Positions 10,389-22,158 of a stretch of 64,000 nt of DNA are shown one piece after another. Origin of the DNA: Diplonema japonicum (Eukaryota; Protista; Euglenozoa: Diplonemea); assembly GCA_964019335.1 (NCBI GenBank), contig OZ025648.1:620001-684000 (forward strand), given 5' to 3'. The notes below the pieces were generated by a model that saw only the letters and a program-made list of their open reading frames with translations, made no database searches and was not told where the DNA came from. The position numbers were made by a program, and so were the translations under genes. The number at the start of each line of letters is the position of its first letter. Position 1 is the stretch's first letter.

Positions 10389-13138
10389 TCAGGCCACCTT
10401 CGGTTTGTTGATTTTAATTAGCTTGTGATACCTTGTGTGGTGTTCTGTGTGAGAAGGAGCGGATTTCAGCACATCTTGGCACCTAAAGAATTGGTTACAA
10501 CTGTTACAAACAACAAACCTGCGAATGTACTGTCACCTTGCCCCTCTTATGGGGCGTTCTGGATCTTTGCCTTGGAACCTTAGCGAATACTGATGGTGGT
10601 TCGATTCGGGTTGAAGGCAACCCAGCCTTAACTTGAGGTACATCTTCTTCGTTCTGGTCTTGCTCTTCACTGGCCTGCCTTTCCTCCTCTTTTTCCTTGG
10701 GCTGTGATGGTAGAGCATCTCTATTGATAGCTATAGGAGTGGCCTGTGGCTGTTGTGCCCTGCTCTCACTGTCCTCCCTCAGTGGCTGCGACGCTGGTGT
10801 CGGCAGCACTTCAACTGGCGGTGTTGCATCTAAGGAAGGTGGCGATGGCTCTGCAGCTGGCTGTGCTTTCGGTGCAGTTAAGACTCCTGTTTTCCCTGGG
10901 CTTCCCATCTTCGACCTCATAGGGCTTGCAACACGCGTCTTTTTAGAATAGTCTCCTCCATGCAGGTCGGTCACAGCATGAAGTCTCCTGACACTGTCGA
11001 TGTGCTGGGGCGGAATAGCAGTTTCCTGTTGGTGGTTAAGAAAAAGAAAAGAGAAGAAAATTCACTATGATAGGAACGAAGTGGTTAGCAACGGCCCGCC
11101 AAAAAAAAAAAAAAAAACCCCTTAGAACCTTGGATTAAGAAAAAAGCATATTTTCACAGAACGATTTGGGAGGCTTTTTTGAGGGCTGAAAAACCAACAG
11201 CAGGTTTTTGATGAAATACAGGCCGACAAGGTCGAAACTGGCGAGGTGCACACGGGAAAGCTGTTAAAGGCGGGTGCACCCACTCAAGAAAAGTTCCTCT
11301 AAAAAAAACGACTGAAAGTTTAGTCCTGAAAATTTTCCTTCCGGGATTTTATTTTATCCTATGTGGCTTCAATGTCATAGCTTCTGCACTTGCTGTACAA
11401 CGCAAATGGCAACCCACATTATTAACCCAATTTTTTTTTACAGCACAGAAGGCCTCCGGACATGACAGAGCTTCCAGCCATTTGTATCTCTATGTTTTTC
11501 ACCACATAAGAAAAGAGCGAGAAAGAAAAAGCAATTGCATACTATCCTTACAGGGTCAACGAAGCCTCCACCAAAGGGCAGTGTAGCACTGTGATGAGAA
11601 CTTTTCCAGTCAACATCGTGTACCCTAACTCCGCACGACTTGTCACCTTTCCTGTCACTTTCATAATACCCACTTTGGGGCGGATTAGGATTTCCCACAG
11701 CGGCCGCCTTGGGAGCTACACGCAGCCCCACAATGGTGCTGTGCCTCGGGGAAACAACAGGATCGCTATGAGCAACTTGAGCAGGATAACCCCTTCTTCG
11801 CCCTCTTACCTCGGCAAGGTCAGCCTTTGTGTTGACAGTTGTTGCCCCCAGATGGTCGGTCCGCCATGCTGCTGAGTACTTAACTGACTCGTAACGTTTT
11901 TCCTTTGGTTCCTGCTTCGGTACCACCTTCAGAGAACGAGAGGGGGGGGTACTGTTAGTGGCTGGCTCTGGTGCCCTGCGCCCTGATTTAACTACTTTCT
12001 GAGTCGTTTCGTTCCCTGCCACTGGATTCTCGCGGAATGTCTTCAGCCCCTTCGGGATGGGAGAGTGGAACGTGGACGGTGTGGCTTCAGGACACGAGGA
12101 AGTCTTGTATGTCACCGGCTGCGAACAGGATCTGTTTTTGGCATCAAGCGATTGGTTGTATGTTCTTTTAGTTGGCTTCTCTCCAACAGTACCGCGCCCA
12201 AGGTGTGTGGCCCAGTTGTATTGTGTCGTTGTTGTGGCGTTGGGATTACAAGACAGGGGGGAACCCGGTCTCAGAGGAGATCTCCTCGACAGATGAGGAC
12301 CTTTTTTCGGCGCTTCGACTTGAAAAGGCCTGGGATGGTCAACAGGCACAAACTTGCTTGCAGATTTTGATCTCTTCTTAGTGGGGGAGTTCATTTCATT
12401 GTGGCTTCGAATAGATGCACCACGCACACTTTCATTCTCTCGGTGAAGGGCAAGAAGGCGCCAGTACACTTCGATACGTGCACACTCTATAGGGTCTTTT
12501 ACGTTGTAGTGTTTCAACAATCCTTTCAGTGTTTCAAGAGACACAAGAGTTAGCTCGCTGGGAGAGAACGTGTCAGATGCAACTCTTATGAAGTTGTTCC
12601 AAGCTTGCTTGGCTACGTTCGATGTGTTGGACAACGCAATACTTGAGGGCACAGGGTTGGTCGGTTGGGTGTGCTCTACACCCATAGGCATCGCTGGCGA
12701 CATCATAGACTTGTGGGTCCTCATAGGAGACTGCTCCTGGCTAGGTGCAGGGTACGGATAGGGCATGGGTGACGGCTGTGGCATGGGCTGTGGCTCGACG
12801 GCATGTTCAATGGTGCCCATGCCGGGTGACGTCAGCGGGCGGTACTTCGTCACCCTTCCAGGAGCTTCCTCTCTCTCGACTTCAGTCTTCAAATCGATGT
12901 TCCTGTTCTGCACTAGAGAAAGTGTGTTCCTACTCTGCTGCAGCGTTGCCTCCATGTCGGCCAACCACTGATCCCTTCCATGCCTCAGGTCGTCGTTCAC
13001 CTTCCTCTCGTCTTCTAACTGTTGCCGAACATTCTCCAATTCTATCTCCATCTCGACTTGTTTGGACTCGTAGCCCCCATCCATGTAACTATACGGCGTG
13101 TCGTACCCCTCCTTCACAGGCGACTCTATGCCCACCAT
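10389..13138 (-). CDS. Hypothetical Pro/Ser-rich, largely disordered protein with N-terminal coiled coil (4 exons)
   Basis: ORFs 11438-13138 and 10504-10974 join in phase 0 through a 517-nt intron 11026-11542 (GTATGC...AACAG); further introns 10483-10518 (36 nt) and 10398-10431 (34 nt); ends RTPHK|VA-TGA. Confidence 0.65.
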
Positions 13139-13259
13139 GGGAAGGGGGTCGCCCCCCTGTGCCCTGTGTGATAGGTGCTATAAACGTTGTACAGAAATTT
13201 ATAATATTTTTAATTCTAGATCTAGTTCTAGTCTCAGTATTTATTAAGGAATACTCTTT

Positions 13260-14367
13260 CTATGCCTTGTCAGAGACCATTTTTCGCAGAGTGTACAGCC
13301 CTGTTTTGGGGAAGGTCCCCTTCATACTGTTCCACGTTCTTCTGTTGGTGTCGGGACGGTATTTCGAAGCGCTTAGCTGCGAGAATTCATCGAAAGCTGC
13401 GTACAATTCTTCTTCGCACTGTTGAAGATGCTTTTGTTTATTGTGTGTGCATACCGCAGGGTCATGGGTTGCAAGGCTCTTCACTGCCCACATGACACGG
13501 CTCCAGTCTTCATATGTGTCGGCGCAGTCATATGGCAATGCATCAAGCAGAGACTTGACTTCCCCGGAATCAATGAGAGATTTGATGTCTGCATTTTTTG
13601 TAAATTGCTTCCACTCCTTAGATCTTTCTGCATTTTCCTCCTCTGTCTTTTCAGGAGGCGAAAAGACGTAACTCTCGCCCACGTCAAACCTCTTCATGAG
13701 TGCCATCTCCATCATCAGTTCCTTCCCAACAGGTGCCTTGCTCTCAAGGTATGAACGCAGTTTCTTGTCCGCTAGGTCAGTCATGTCCAGAGGTAGCAAT
13801 GGCCTATCGCCGCTTTTGGTCGTTGCTTGCATCAGTCTCATAGAGCCACTGACGCAGGGCTGCACGTCTACCCAAGTGCTTACAGCAGCAGGTAGATGTG
13901 CTTTCAGCTGTAAGACGAACACCTTTACATCTTTCCGAGAAGCAAGTGGTTTGTCAAGCCTGACATGCACATGGAGCGACTGCTTCTGTCTGTTTTTCCC
14001 GGAAGCATTTAGCACTAGCACGTGCTCAATAAGGTCGCACTTCGTGCCGAATTTAAGATTCAATAGTACCTGCACAGCTTCAACAACTTCTTTCAACACT
14101 GCCTGTGCCGCACACCACGTACTAGAGCTCATTTCGATATCCATGAAAAGATCGACAGGCTCGTTCTCTCCGACAATAGAGTGGCAGTTTGTTTTCTGTA
14201 GCTCCAGCAGCCTTTCTAGCCTTTGGCGTGATCTCTCTCACATGTGCAAAACGTACTTTGGAATCTTCATGGATGCGCACGAGGTAGCCTCTCGGGTTCA
14301 CCAATAACGTAGAGCTCAAATTAGTGAACACGGAATTGAAAAACGCCTTCCTGCTAGCAGCTTTCAT
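13260..14367 (-). CDS. Archaeo-eukaryotic primase (PrimPol-like) with C-terminal PriCT-2 domain; 5' exon structure uncertain
   Basis: PVDLFMDIE (motif I), ASGKNRQKQSLHVH (SxH motif II), WVD...SMRL (motif III), then LLDALP..ADTYEDWSRVMWAVK...FDEFSQLSASKY....RRTWNSMK...LYTLRKM (PriCT-2); a frame change near 14200-14260 requires an intron (GTACGT donor at 14256). Confidence 0.75.
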
Positions 14368-14459
14368 GTTGTAAATTGTCCTGTCAAAAATATATGGGTG
14401 CATGCAATGTTTATATAACTAAAATATGATCATTTCATCTTATCGCTGAGGTAAGTGGC

Positions 14460-15275
14460 TTACTGGGCGGTTTTCTTACCCTTTCTGCCCATCATCAGAC
14501 CACCCCACGATTTCTTGACCTCGTCGTACTTGTTGTTGAAGCCGCTGTTCAGGGAGTCCTTGAGCTGCGAGAATTTGGCGTTGTCCTCAGACTTCACGGA
14601 GTCAACAACGACGGCAGTGCAGGTCTTCATGCCAACGAGCTTGCCGAGAGCGGCCTGTATTGTTGTATTTAAATTTTTGGTATTGGCCATACCTTGCCCT
14701 TGACAATGCAGTAGGGGATGTCCTGGGCCTTGCAGAGGGCGGGGAGCCACACAACGATCTCGATGGGGTCCACGTCGTGGGCGATGACAACCATCTTGGC
14801 CTTCTTTTCCTCAACCATGCGGGTCACCTGCTGGATACCGTACTTCAGGCAGGTGGGGGCAGAGGGGGTCTTGGCCTTGGGGTCAGCCTTCTTGGCCTCG
14901 GCAGCCTTTGACAGTCTCTCAGCCTTCTCCTTCGGGGACTCGGGAGAGTACTTGGCAAGAAGCTTGAAAAGCTCAGCCTTGGTGGACTTGTCAAGGGTCA
15001 GACGGAACTGGTTCAAGGAGGGGGGCACCTGTAGCATTTGTAGCAGTGTCCATGCAACATACCTTAAGACGCCTCTCGAGCACCCTCTTCTGCCTCTGCC
15101 TGGTGACGTACTTGGGCCACCTAACGAACCTGGTGACATCCCTCTTGGGGGGCAGGTCGTTACCAATGGTAAAGTTCCTGGGCCTGGCAACCAACAGGGG
15201 GTTCTTCTCAGACTCAATCTGCTTGGGTGCTCCCTTCTTACCCTTCTTCAAATCGGCCTTAACCTTACCGGGCAT
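14460..15275 (-). CDS. RPL7A: 60S ribosomal protein L7a (eL8), 3 exons, 247 aa
   Basis: [16 protein letters not shown]|[32 protein letters not shown]|AALGKLV; introns 15029-15062 (34 nt) and 14655-14692 (38 nt). Confidence 0.97.
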
Positions 15276-15375
15276 TTTTGTTCTCAAAAGATGATCCAAT
15301 CTGGTTGTTGATAGAGGTAAGTACTGTTCAAATAAAGTGAAATTGAGTACTAAACTTGCTTGAAAAAGCAGTAAA

Positions 15376-15783
15376 CTAAAGATGGAGTTCGGTGATCATA
15401 GGCAATAGAGTGTCTAGATATGTTTCTAAGTATCTCTCACGTGTGGTGCTGAAGGGGTTCTGACTCTTGAGGACTCTCTCGAAGTCGTCCAGAGTCGTAT
15501 TTAGTGAACATGATGAAGGCGGTCGCTGGTCACAAGAACACTGCGAACGTGGTCTGCGTGCTTTTTTCCGAGTGGCAAGCTCCAGTATTCCAAGCCTCGT
15601 CTCTCGCATCCTTTCTTCTTCCCGCTGTTGCAGCTGCTGTTTTTGTTCAAGCGCCCTCTTCTGCTTCTTTTTTTTTAGAAGTTCTGTCATCTTCTTCTTC
15701 TCCCAAGCTCTGAATGTCTCGCGTTGCCTCAGTGGCGTACCCAGCCCCAGCACCGCCGCCTTTTGTCGCCACCAGTCCACCAT
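15376..15783 (-). CDS. Hypothetical 135-aa basic protein
   Basis: ATG-started ORF on the cluster strand, just after acceptor TGCAG; no family recognised. Confidence 0.55.
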   Translation of the reverse strand: MVDWWRQKAAVLGLGTPLRQRETFRAWEKKKMTELLKKKKQKRALEQKQQLQQREEERMRETRLGILELATRKKARRPRSQCSCDQRPPSSCSLNTTLDDFERVLKSQNPFSTTRERYLETYLDTLLPMITELHL

Positions 15784-15871
15784 TTAACCTGCATGAATAA
15801 AGGTCGCAAAATAACGATAGTTCCTTCTCTTAATAAAAAATCGTTAATATTAGTAACTATTATTCCTAACA

Positions 15872-16837
15872 CTATTCACCCTTGTCACTAACTTCGCCAT
15901 CGTCGCTCTCAGCAGCGCCGCCACCGGCACGTACTTTGCCATCTTGTTCGCCTTCTTGGTTCTGGTTGTTGTGTGTCTCACTGTTCTGGCTGTTCTCATC
16001 CGTCCCTTTTTCTGCTAGTTTCTTGCTGACCTTGTCCTCTGTAACGATGTTTTCGCTTGAACTCCCTGAATCTCGAGCTTCATCCTGGCTCAAGATGCTA
16101 GTCTGCTTGCTTCTTTTCACGCTGTCCGTGTCAGCTTCACCCCCCTTTTCCATCTCCTTCTGGTTCTCCCTTTCGTTTTCGTTCTCATGCTGGTTTTTGG
16201 TTGCAATTGCATGGTTCTGTTCCTCCTGAATATGTACTTCTCCTTCCGTCTTCATTGGCTTGTCCTTTGCGTCGTCCTCCTTGCCGACGCTCTTGTCCCT
16301 CTCGGACCCTTTGATCTCGTCAGTGCACTTTTGTAATGCTGCTGTCAGTGCCGATTGGGTGGCTACGCTGTCTTTTTTGAGATCTTTATATCTGGCTTGC
16401 AGTGTTTCGTGTTCTTCCTTGAGTGTATCATAAGCATCCTTCAGGGTCTCATGCTTCACCTTTAGCTCTTCGTGCTCCATCTTCAGCGTGTGCTCCAACT
16501 CCTTCAAGGCCGCATGTTCTGAACGCGAGTTCTCGTCTTGTGTCAGTTTCTGATTTAAATCATTGGAGAGCCTCTCTGCTTCGGCCTTTTCAGTTAGAAT
16601 TTTCTCCTTGCATGCAACATCCTTCAGTTTGACCTCGTCACCCAGCTCCTGAACTTCTTGCTGCAGCTTGCGGTACTTTTCTACATAAGCCCCTTCGCTA
16701 TTTGCTCGTTTGTTGTTTGTCTCTGCAACTTCTTCCTTCATCTGGGCGAGTTTGGCCTCCTCTGTCATGTAGATGAGTCCGATTACAAGGACACACAACA
16801 TGACGACGCCCCATGCCCGTGTGGCATTTGCATTCAT
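15872..16837 (-). CDS. Type II membrane protein with long coiled coil and acidic tail (Golgi membrane protein-like)
   Basis: N-terminal TM segment AWGVVMLCVLVIGLIYM, heptad repeats (KHETLKDAYDTLKEEHETLQ), acidic C-terminus. Confidence 0.7.
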   Translation of the reverse strand: MNANATRAWGVVMLCVLVIGLIYMTEEAKLAQMKEEVAETNNKRANSEGAYVEKYRKLQQEVQELGDEVKLKDVACKEKILTEKAEAERLSNDLNQKLTQDENSRSEHAALKELEHTLKMEHEELKVKHETLKDAYDTLKEEHETLQARYKDLKKDSVATQSALTAALQKCTDEIKGSERDKSVGKEDDAKDKPMKTEGEVHIQEEQNHAIATKNQHENENERENQKEMEKGGEADTDSVKRSKQTSILSQDEARDSGSSSENIVTEDKVSKKLAEKGTDENSQNSETHNNQNQEGEQDGKVRAGGGAAESDDGEVSDKGE

Positions 16838-16958
16838 CGTGCTGCTGCGTGGTTTCAACATCTTGTGAGTGTAGACCTACAGGTAAACTGGGGGAAAGGG
16901 CAAATACTCCCTTTTTGGAGTCTCGAAATAAAAAGAGGCAGCAACGAAGCAAGGAACA

Positions 16959-17915
16959 CTACTGCGTGATGCTGTCTGGCTTCTCGACGTAAACGTTGTC
17001 GAACGACACATCAGCCTGTCGCACGAACTCCACCCACCATGCCTGCACCATTTGAGCCTGGTCGTACACCATTGATGGGCCCCATTCGAGAAAATACTCT
17101 TGCCACGCCGGGTCATCTTGCGTGGACCCCATTATGTAAATTCCTGTTTTGTCAATATGGAATGCAAAGGCATTCACAAGTGGTATGGAGTAAGCCTTCT
17201 TCGCACCCTCGATTAGAATGTCACGACGTGAGTTCATCCTTTTTATCCATTTGTGCATGTCTTTCCTGAGAGGGTCCAATGTCGGGATGAACAGTGCTGA
17301 CACTTTGTCCAGACCACCCGGCGGACGCCCCAAAAACCCGTTTTCTCTCTCTAGCTGCCAAAGCGAGTAGTCGCTTAATTCGTTCATCGCAGCCTCTTCG
17401 TCCTCCTCTTCTTCATCTGTTTGGTTCGATGGTCGGAAATTTGGGTTTTGGGTTGCCTTCTGGTTCTGCATGATAATATTATTCACGAGGTAGGGGTTTT
17501 TTACGAAATGGGCATCCCACAGAGTTTCCATCTCGCCCCATTCTCGAATTTCGTGTCCCTTCCCTGTCATGGTTGAAGTCCAGCAACGTACCCCAAGTTG
17601 CTTGAAGAAATGATGAATTTGCGGGTCTGTAGATCCCCACATTAACGAACACATGCCACCTGTTTTGAGGTTTGTTTCCTGAACACTACCCTTCTGCACC
17701 GCGAACAGCACACCCTTATCGTCATCGACACAGCTAGCTGCCAGCCCAGTCTCGACAACCGGCGAGTCCTCGAAAGTTGACCCCGTATTGTAGCTTGTCA
17801 ATTGGCTGCAGTGGTTGGCACCCACTATTCCCCAGTACCTAACATCAGATGGGTTCAGTTTGCCAGGCTCTCCTGTAACAACCGTCTTGTATCGCAGCGG
17901 AAGGCATCGACGCAT
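16959..17915 (-). CDS. Hypothetical ~318-aa protein, probably mitochondrion-targeted
   Basis: Long ORF; likely start MRRCLPLRYK resembles a short Arg-rich transit peptide. Confidence 0.65.
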   Translation of the reverse strand: MRRCLPLRYKTVVTGEPGKLNPSDVRYWGIVGANHCSQLTSYNTGSTFEDSPVVETGLAASCVDDDKGVLFAVQKGSVQETNLKTGGMCSLMWGSTDPQIHHFFKQLGVRCWTSTMTGKGHEIREWGEMETLWDAHFVKNPYLVNNIIMQNQKATQNPNFRPSNQTDEEEEDEEAAMNELSDYSLWQLERENGFLGRPPGGLDKVSALFIPTLDPLRKDMHKWIKRMNSRRDILIEGAKKAYSIPLVNAFAFHIDKTGIYIMGSTQDDPAWQEYFLEWGPSMVYDQAQMVQAWWVEFVRQADVSFDNVYVEKPDSITQ

Positions 17916-18108
17916 TTTTCCTTTTCGAGATGTTAAGCGTATGAAGAAAAGTGATGCAAGGTATCGAACGGTTCGGTCATGCGCCCTTCTGCCATCGTAA
18001 CTATGTGTAAGTCGTGCACTAGTAACTAACTGAAGCTTGTGTTGCAGGTTGTGCATTCCAGGGTCCGTTCTGCCGTATCCTAAAGTCAAGACAAAAACCA
18101 GGAACTCA

Positions 18109-21100
18109 TTATGTTGCGAGTTTGGCGTCCACGACTGCACTCAATAGCTCACACACCACAGCGTAGCACACTTCCCATGACTCTACGATCTGCACGAATT
18201 CGTCATGATGCTGTGTGTTCAGGTACCGTGCTGTGGTGTTCACAAGACTGTTCTTCAAGAAGTACATTCCTATTCCGTTATATAGCTGGTCGCATCTCTG
18301 TTGAAAGTGTTTATGCTGAATTATGAAAGAAAAAAAAAAAAAAAGAAAAAAAAAAACATACGGGGATATGGATCATGGCCTCCCCGGACATGTGCAGCAG
18401 GACGCATTCGAAGGTCACGTTGCGTGTTGATGGGATATAGCCATGGTGCTTGATCAGTTGCCTGTGTCGATTGTAACGATTTAAAGTACATACAACACAA
18501 TCAAGCGCAACGCAGTGCTGCTGTTGATCGGTGTCCAGCTATAGGAAGTGAGCGGGTTAGTAAGTGCCTCAGTTTGAGGTGTTTTCTCCCCAGATGCCAA
18601 CGATGCACAAGGGATCTGTACAAGTGCGTATCCTTGCCCCATGGTTTGCAGCATCCGCCGTCTGCAGAGGTCAACAAATTCTGTAATCTTACAACCAGGG
18701 CACGCAAGCCACGTGATGGAAAACGAGAGGTGGCACAGTGGGTGCGCTGTTCTGCTGATACCCAGAGAGAACCACGGTGAACGTGACATGACATCAGCTG
18801 CAGGACAGGCGTTACCCATTGTGCTACAAGGCAGGGTCTGTGTTTTTGTGTGATGGTGGACAATATTAAGTTTTTACCTTGATATCTGTCTGATAGGCAC
18901 TGTCATCGTCATCAGGCGAAGGCAAAGGCCGGCCTTTCCTGCTATTCTGTCCCTCTAAAACAAGCTCCAAGGGTTTTGCATCATTGAGAGGCGGTGGTTG
19001 ATTGAAACCGCCCGAAGGCACTGTGGCGGACAGTGAAGACAGCGGAGTGCCTATAGCCTCAAACTGCGGTGCTTCAAAGTCAAGGGCCAACTCGCCCTCT
19101 TCAAAAATTATGGCTTCAAGTTTGTCTTTGCTTTGCAAAAAGAAGTCAGAGCCACTGCATATCTGGTCGAGCCATCGTTTCACACCTTCCTTGAACCCTT
19201 CACCAAAGTGCTCTTTTTGAGGTACTATAGCATATTTTACTTTTCTGGCCATGAATAAAGGGTCCAAGATACCGTTTTTGTTTTCTATCTCCATCTCATC
19301 CTGTGTTCCTGACAGCAGCTGGTCTAGCCCAGACCAGTTCACATATACATTTCCAGATTCGTTGTGGAACTGGATCTTCCTAAAATCCCACCCCCGAGTG
19401 AAAGGGTTGTACAACCGATATGCAAACTCCATCAAGTCGGGGCTCTGCATGCACTCTTCTTCAAAACCGTCAATGCTCAGTTTTCCCTTAACACTGGGGT
19501 GAGAAGAGGCCATAGCCAAGGGCACAGCAGGTTGCAACAAAGGCGACAACTTGCTCATGGGAATTGGTGAAGGTGGCGAATACCTATGGCTTTTGGGCTG
19601 CTGCCGTGACCTATACTCTTGGTGCACCCACTGCACAAACACGTAGTCGAACTGCGTGCGCATTGAAATCTCGTGGAACTGGTGCCCAATGGACAGTCTG
19701 AATGTTTTGTCCACAACAGGTGGGATGAACTGGTAGCCTTGGTGCAAGCGTTGCACGATACACTCATGAAGGTACGCACGCATCCCAGCAGGACCGGAGG
19801 GGACAGGGACAACACCTGTCGAAGAAGGTGTTTTCGTTGAGTGGTGTATTTCAAAACCAGGAATCATGCGTTCTGCATTGGGAATGGGGTAATAGTTGGA
19901 TGTAAGAGGCAGCAGAGCAGGTTCGATAATGAACTTCCAAGAGCACGAGAACTCGTCAGACATGCCTGTCGCAAAGGACGCTTCGACCGGGAACATGTGG
20001 GACCACCTGGCGCTGTTCGCTTGCTCAAAGGGGTCGGTGGCATCTGAGACTTGCTGCTGGATCAAACTAGGGTCAGTAGCATCCTTCACTCTACACCCAA
20101 TTGTCATAAACGGTGGGATCAAAACGGGTTTTGGACCAAGGCCAGGTTTCTGATGAGACTTTCTATGATCCTCGACCTGCTTTGTTGGAGACAAAGTGGG
20201 ATTCAGGCTTGTACGGTGGCTCAATGGGTGCAGCGAGGGTGATGCTGGCCAGCCTTTCAAGTCATCATAAGTGCTATTCGACCTTATGCGGCCATCCTCG
20301 ATGTCGGACACGATTGATCCCGTCACATGTCTACTCTTTGGCGATAGCCTGCTGATCTTTGGAGAGTCGTAAGTAGAGAGCAGCTCTCTGCACTCGCCTT
20401 CTTCTTGCAGTTCCTTGTCTTCAGTCCATTTGACTTGCTCCATCCGGAACATGAATGCGGCTTGGTCTTGATTTTTCCAGTCGGAAGGGAGAATGTCACT
20501 GCTTACATTGCATCTTTTCGAAAGTAAGCGGCTAAACATAACCCTCTCATCACTGCCTCTAAGCAGCTCTTCTTCACGGGCAGTTCTAGCAGAACTCATC
20601 CGACACTGAGGAATGAACGTCATGCCCCCCTGAAACAATCTAGTTGCAGCCTCGTATGTTAAAAGCTCACACTCGGTTGACCCTACAGTGGCTGGCCGGT
20701 TGCAATAAAACCTTGCCGACATCCATGATGGGCGCTCGTATACATAGTTCCCGCAAACCGTGCTGTATTCGAAGACGGGACTCACATGTAAAGGTGGTCG
20801 CCCAAGACAGATGATGTCACATCCAGTGCCTGTGTCTAAAATACGTTGGGCTGTTAGCCTAGATAGCTGTCGTGTCGTGTGTATCAAACCTGAGCCAGCC
20901 GTCACAATGATAATAGCCTGCCCCGTTCTGTTCAGTGAGCGGTCAATGTGGTGTCTTGCGAGTGAGTTCAAGGCCAAGTTGATAGCCTCCACAACATTAC
21001 CGTTGCATGCAGTCGACAAGCGGAGACCTTCATCACCTAAATCAGAAGCAGGATGGAGGGGCGTGGTCGCACGCATATCATGGATCATGCTGTTCACTGC

Positions 21101-22111
21101 ACATTTTAGTAGAGATGGTACTTTTTCCCAGTCAGCGGTGCCATTACTGTGCCACACGGGACGTATGTAGTCGCGTTCTGTATCACCTGTTACTTCAAGT
21201 TTTGAAAACAACACAAGTGTGACATCATGTGCACAGCCAGCTGCCTTCCATTTTTTAACCAGATCGCGAATCAGCATATCCACAGCTCTGGAAAAGTAAG
21301 TATCGCCTTCGTCCTCCGTGCCATATGTGAACATCTCACGTGATATTTGTATCATCAACATTATCCTAGCAGAGAGCGATCTCACAGTGAGTTTTGTGTT
21401 GTCTACTATAACCCCGCTTCTGCACGTTTGTTTGTCGCCTGCTCTGATCATAGCCTTCACCGTAGCTGCAGTCCCAGCCAATGTACCATGCCCACTTACG
21501 AGCACCTTCTTTCCTATGTAAACCGTGCTATGCCGTAGCATCTGCATTGCACCCCAGAGATCAGATCGCGACACGAAGGACTCGAGGACAGTGATCTCAA
21601 CATGTTCGAGTTCGTGCTGATGCCATGTATCACGGGGTATCGGTGAGATGTGGACTATTGCACCATTGGCAACTCCCAGCCCTGCGAGCTTCTCATGCAG
21701 TGAGACTTTAAATTGCGATGGCCAGCCTGCTCTGGGGGGTGCTGTATAGCCCTTCAGTATCAAAGGTTCTGCGTTTTCGAGTTCAATGCAGAAATAATAA
21801 CAATGTCCTGTGACCCATGGCTGCGACTGTTCCCTGTCATCATCTCTTTTTCCATGAACAGGTGCTCCCCTTCCCCTTCCTCGGCCTCTTCTGTTGGGGT
21901 GTTGCCGTCTTGTGCTTGGTGTCACAGCCTTCTCCTTTTCCACTGGGCTTGTGAACAGCAATCTCGTATCGTTCCATTTGAAAATACTAGTGTCCACAAG
22001 CAGATCTTTCGTACTGTACTTGTCTCCATGGGTTTTGATCTCGACAGGGACTCTCACCGTAGAGGGAGGGGACATGGCGCGCTCATCGCTCGTCTCATCT
22101 GCCTCCCCCAT
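18109..22111 (-). CDS. DEPDC5: GATOR1 subunit DEPDC5/IML1-like (4 exons)
   Basis: VSRSDLW, TVRSLSARIMLMIQISREM, KWK...HDVTLVLFS, GNVVEAINLALN...HIDRSLNRTGQAIIIVTAGSG, CLGRPPLH, PALLPLTSNYYP, QRLHQGYQF; C-terminal exons via introns 18838-18877, 18462-18493, 18316-18361. Confidence 0.9.
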
Positions 22112-22158
22112 CCTGGTGTATGAGAGTTCAAACTCGAAGAGCAAAGGTCTTCACTTTA

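Noticed and set aside
10331-10500. Divergent snRNA or 7SL gene next to the tRNA, as in trypanosomatids
   Set aside because: No U1/U2/U4/U5/U6/7SL motifs recognised; the interval is explained by the last exons of the upstream gene
14446-14463. Possible 18-nt intron (GTAAGCCACTTACCTCAG) extending RPL7A
   Set aside because: Far below the 31-nt minimum seen elsewhere and it does not restore a conserved C-terminus
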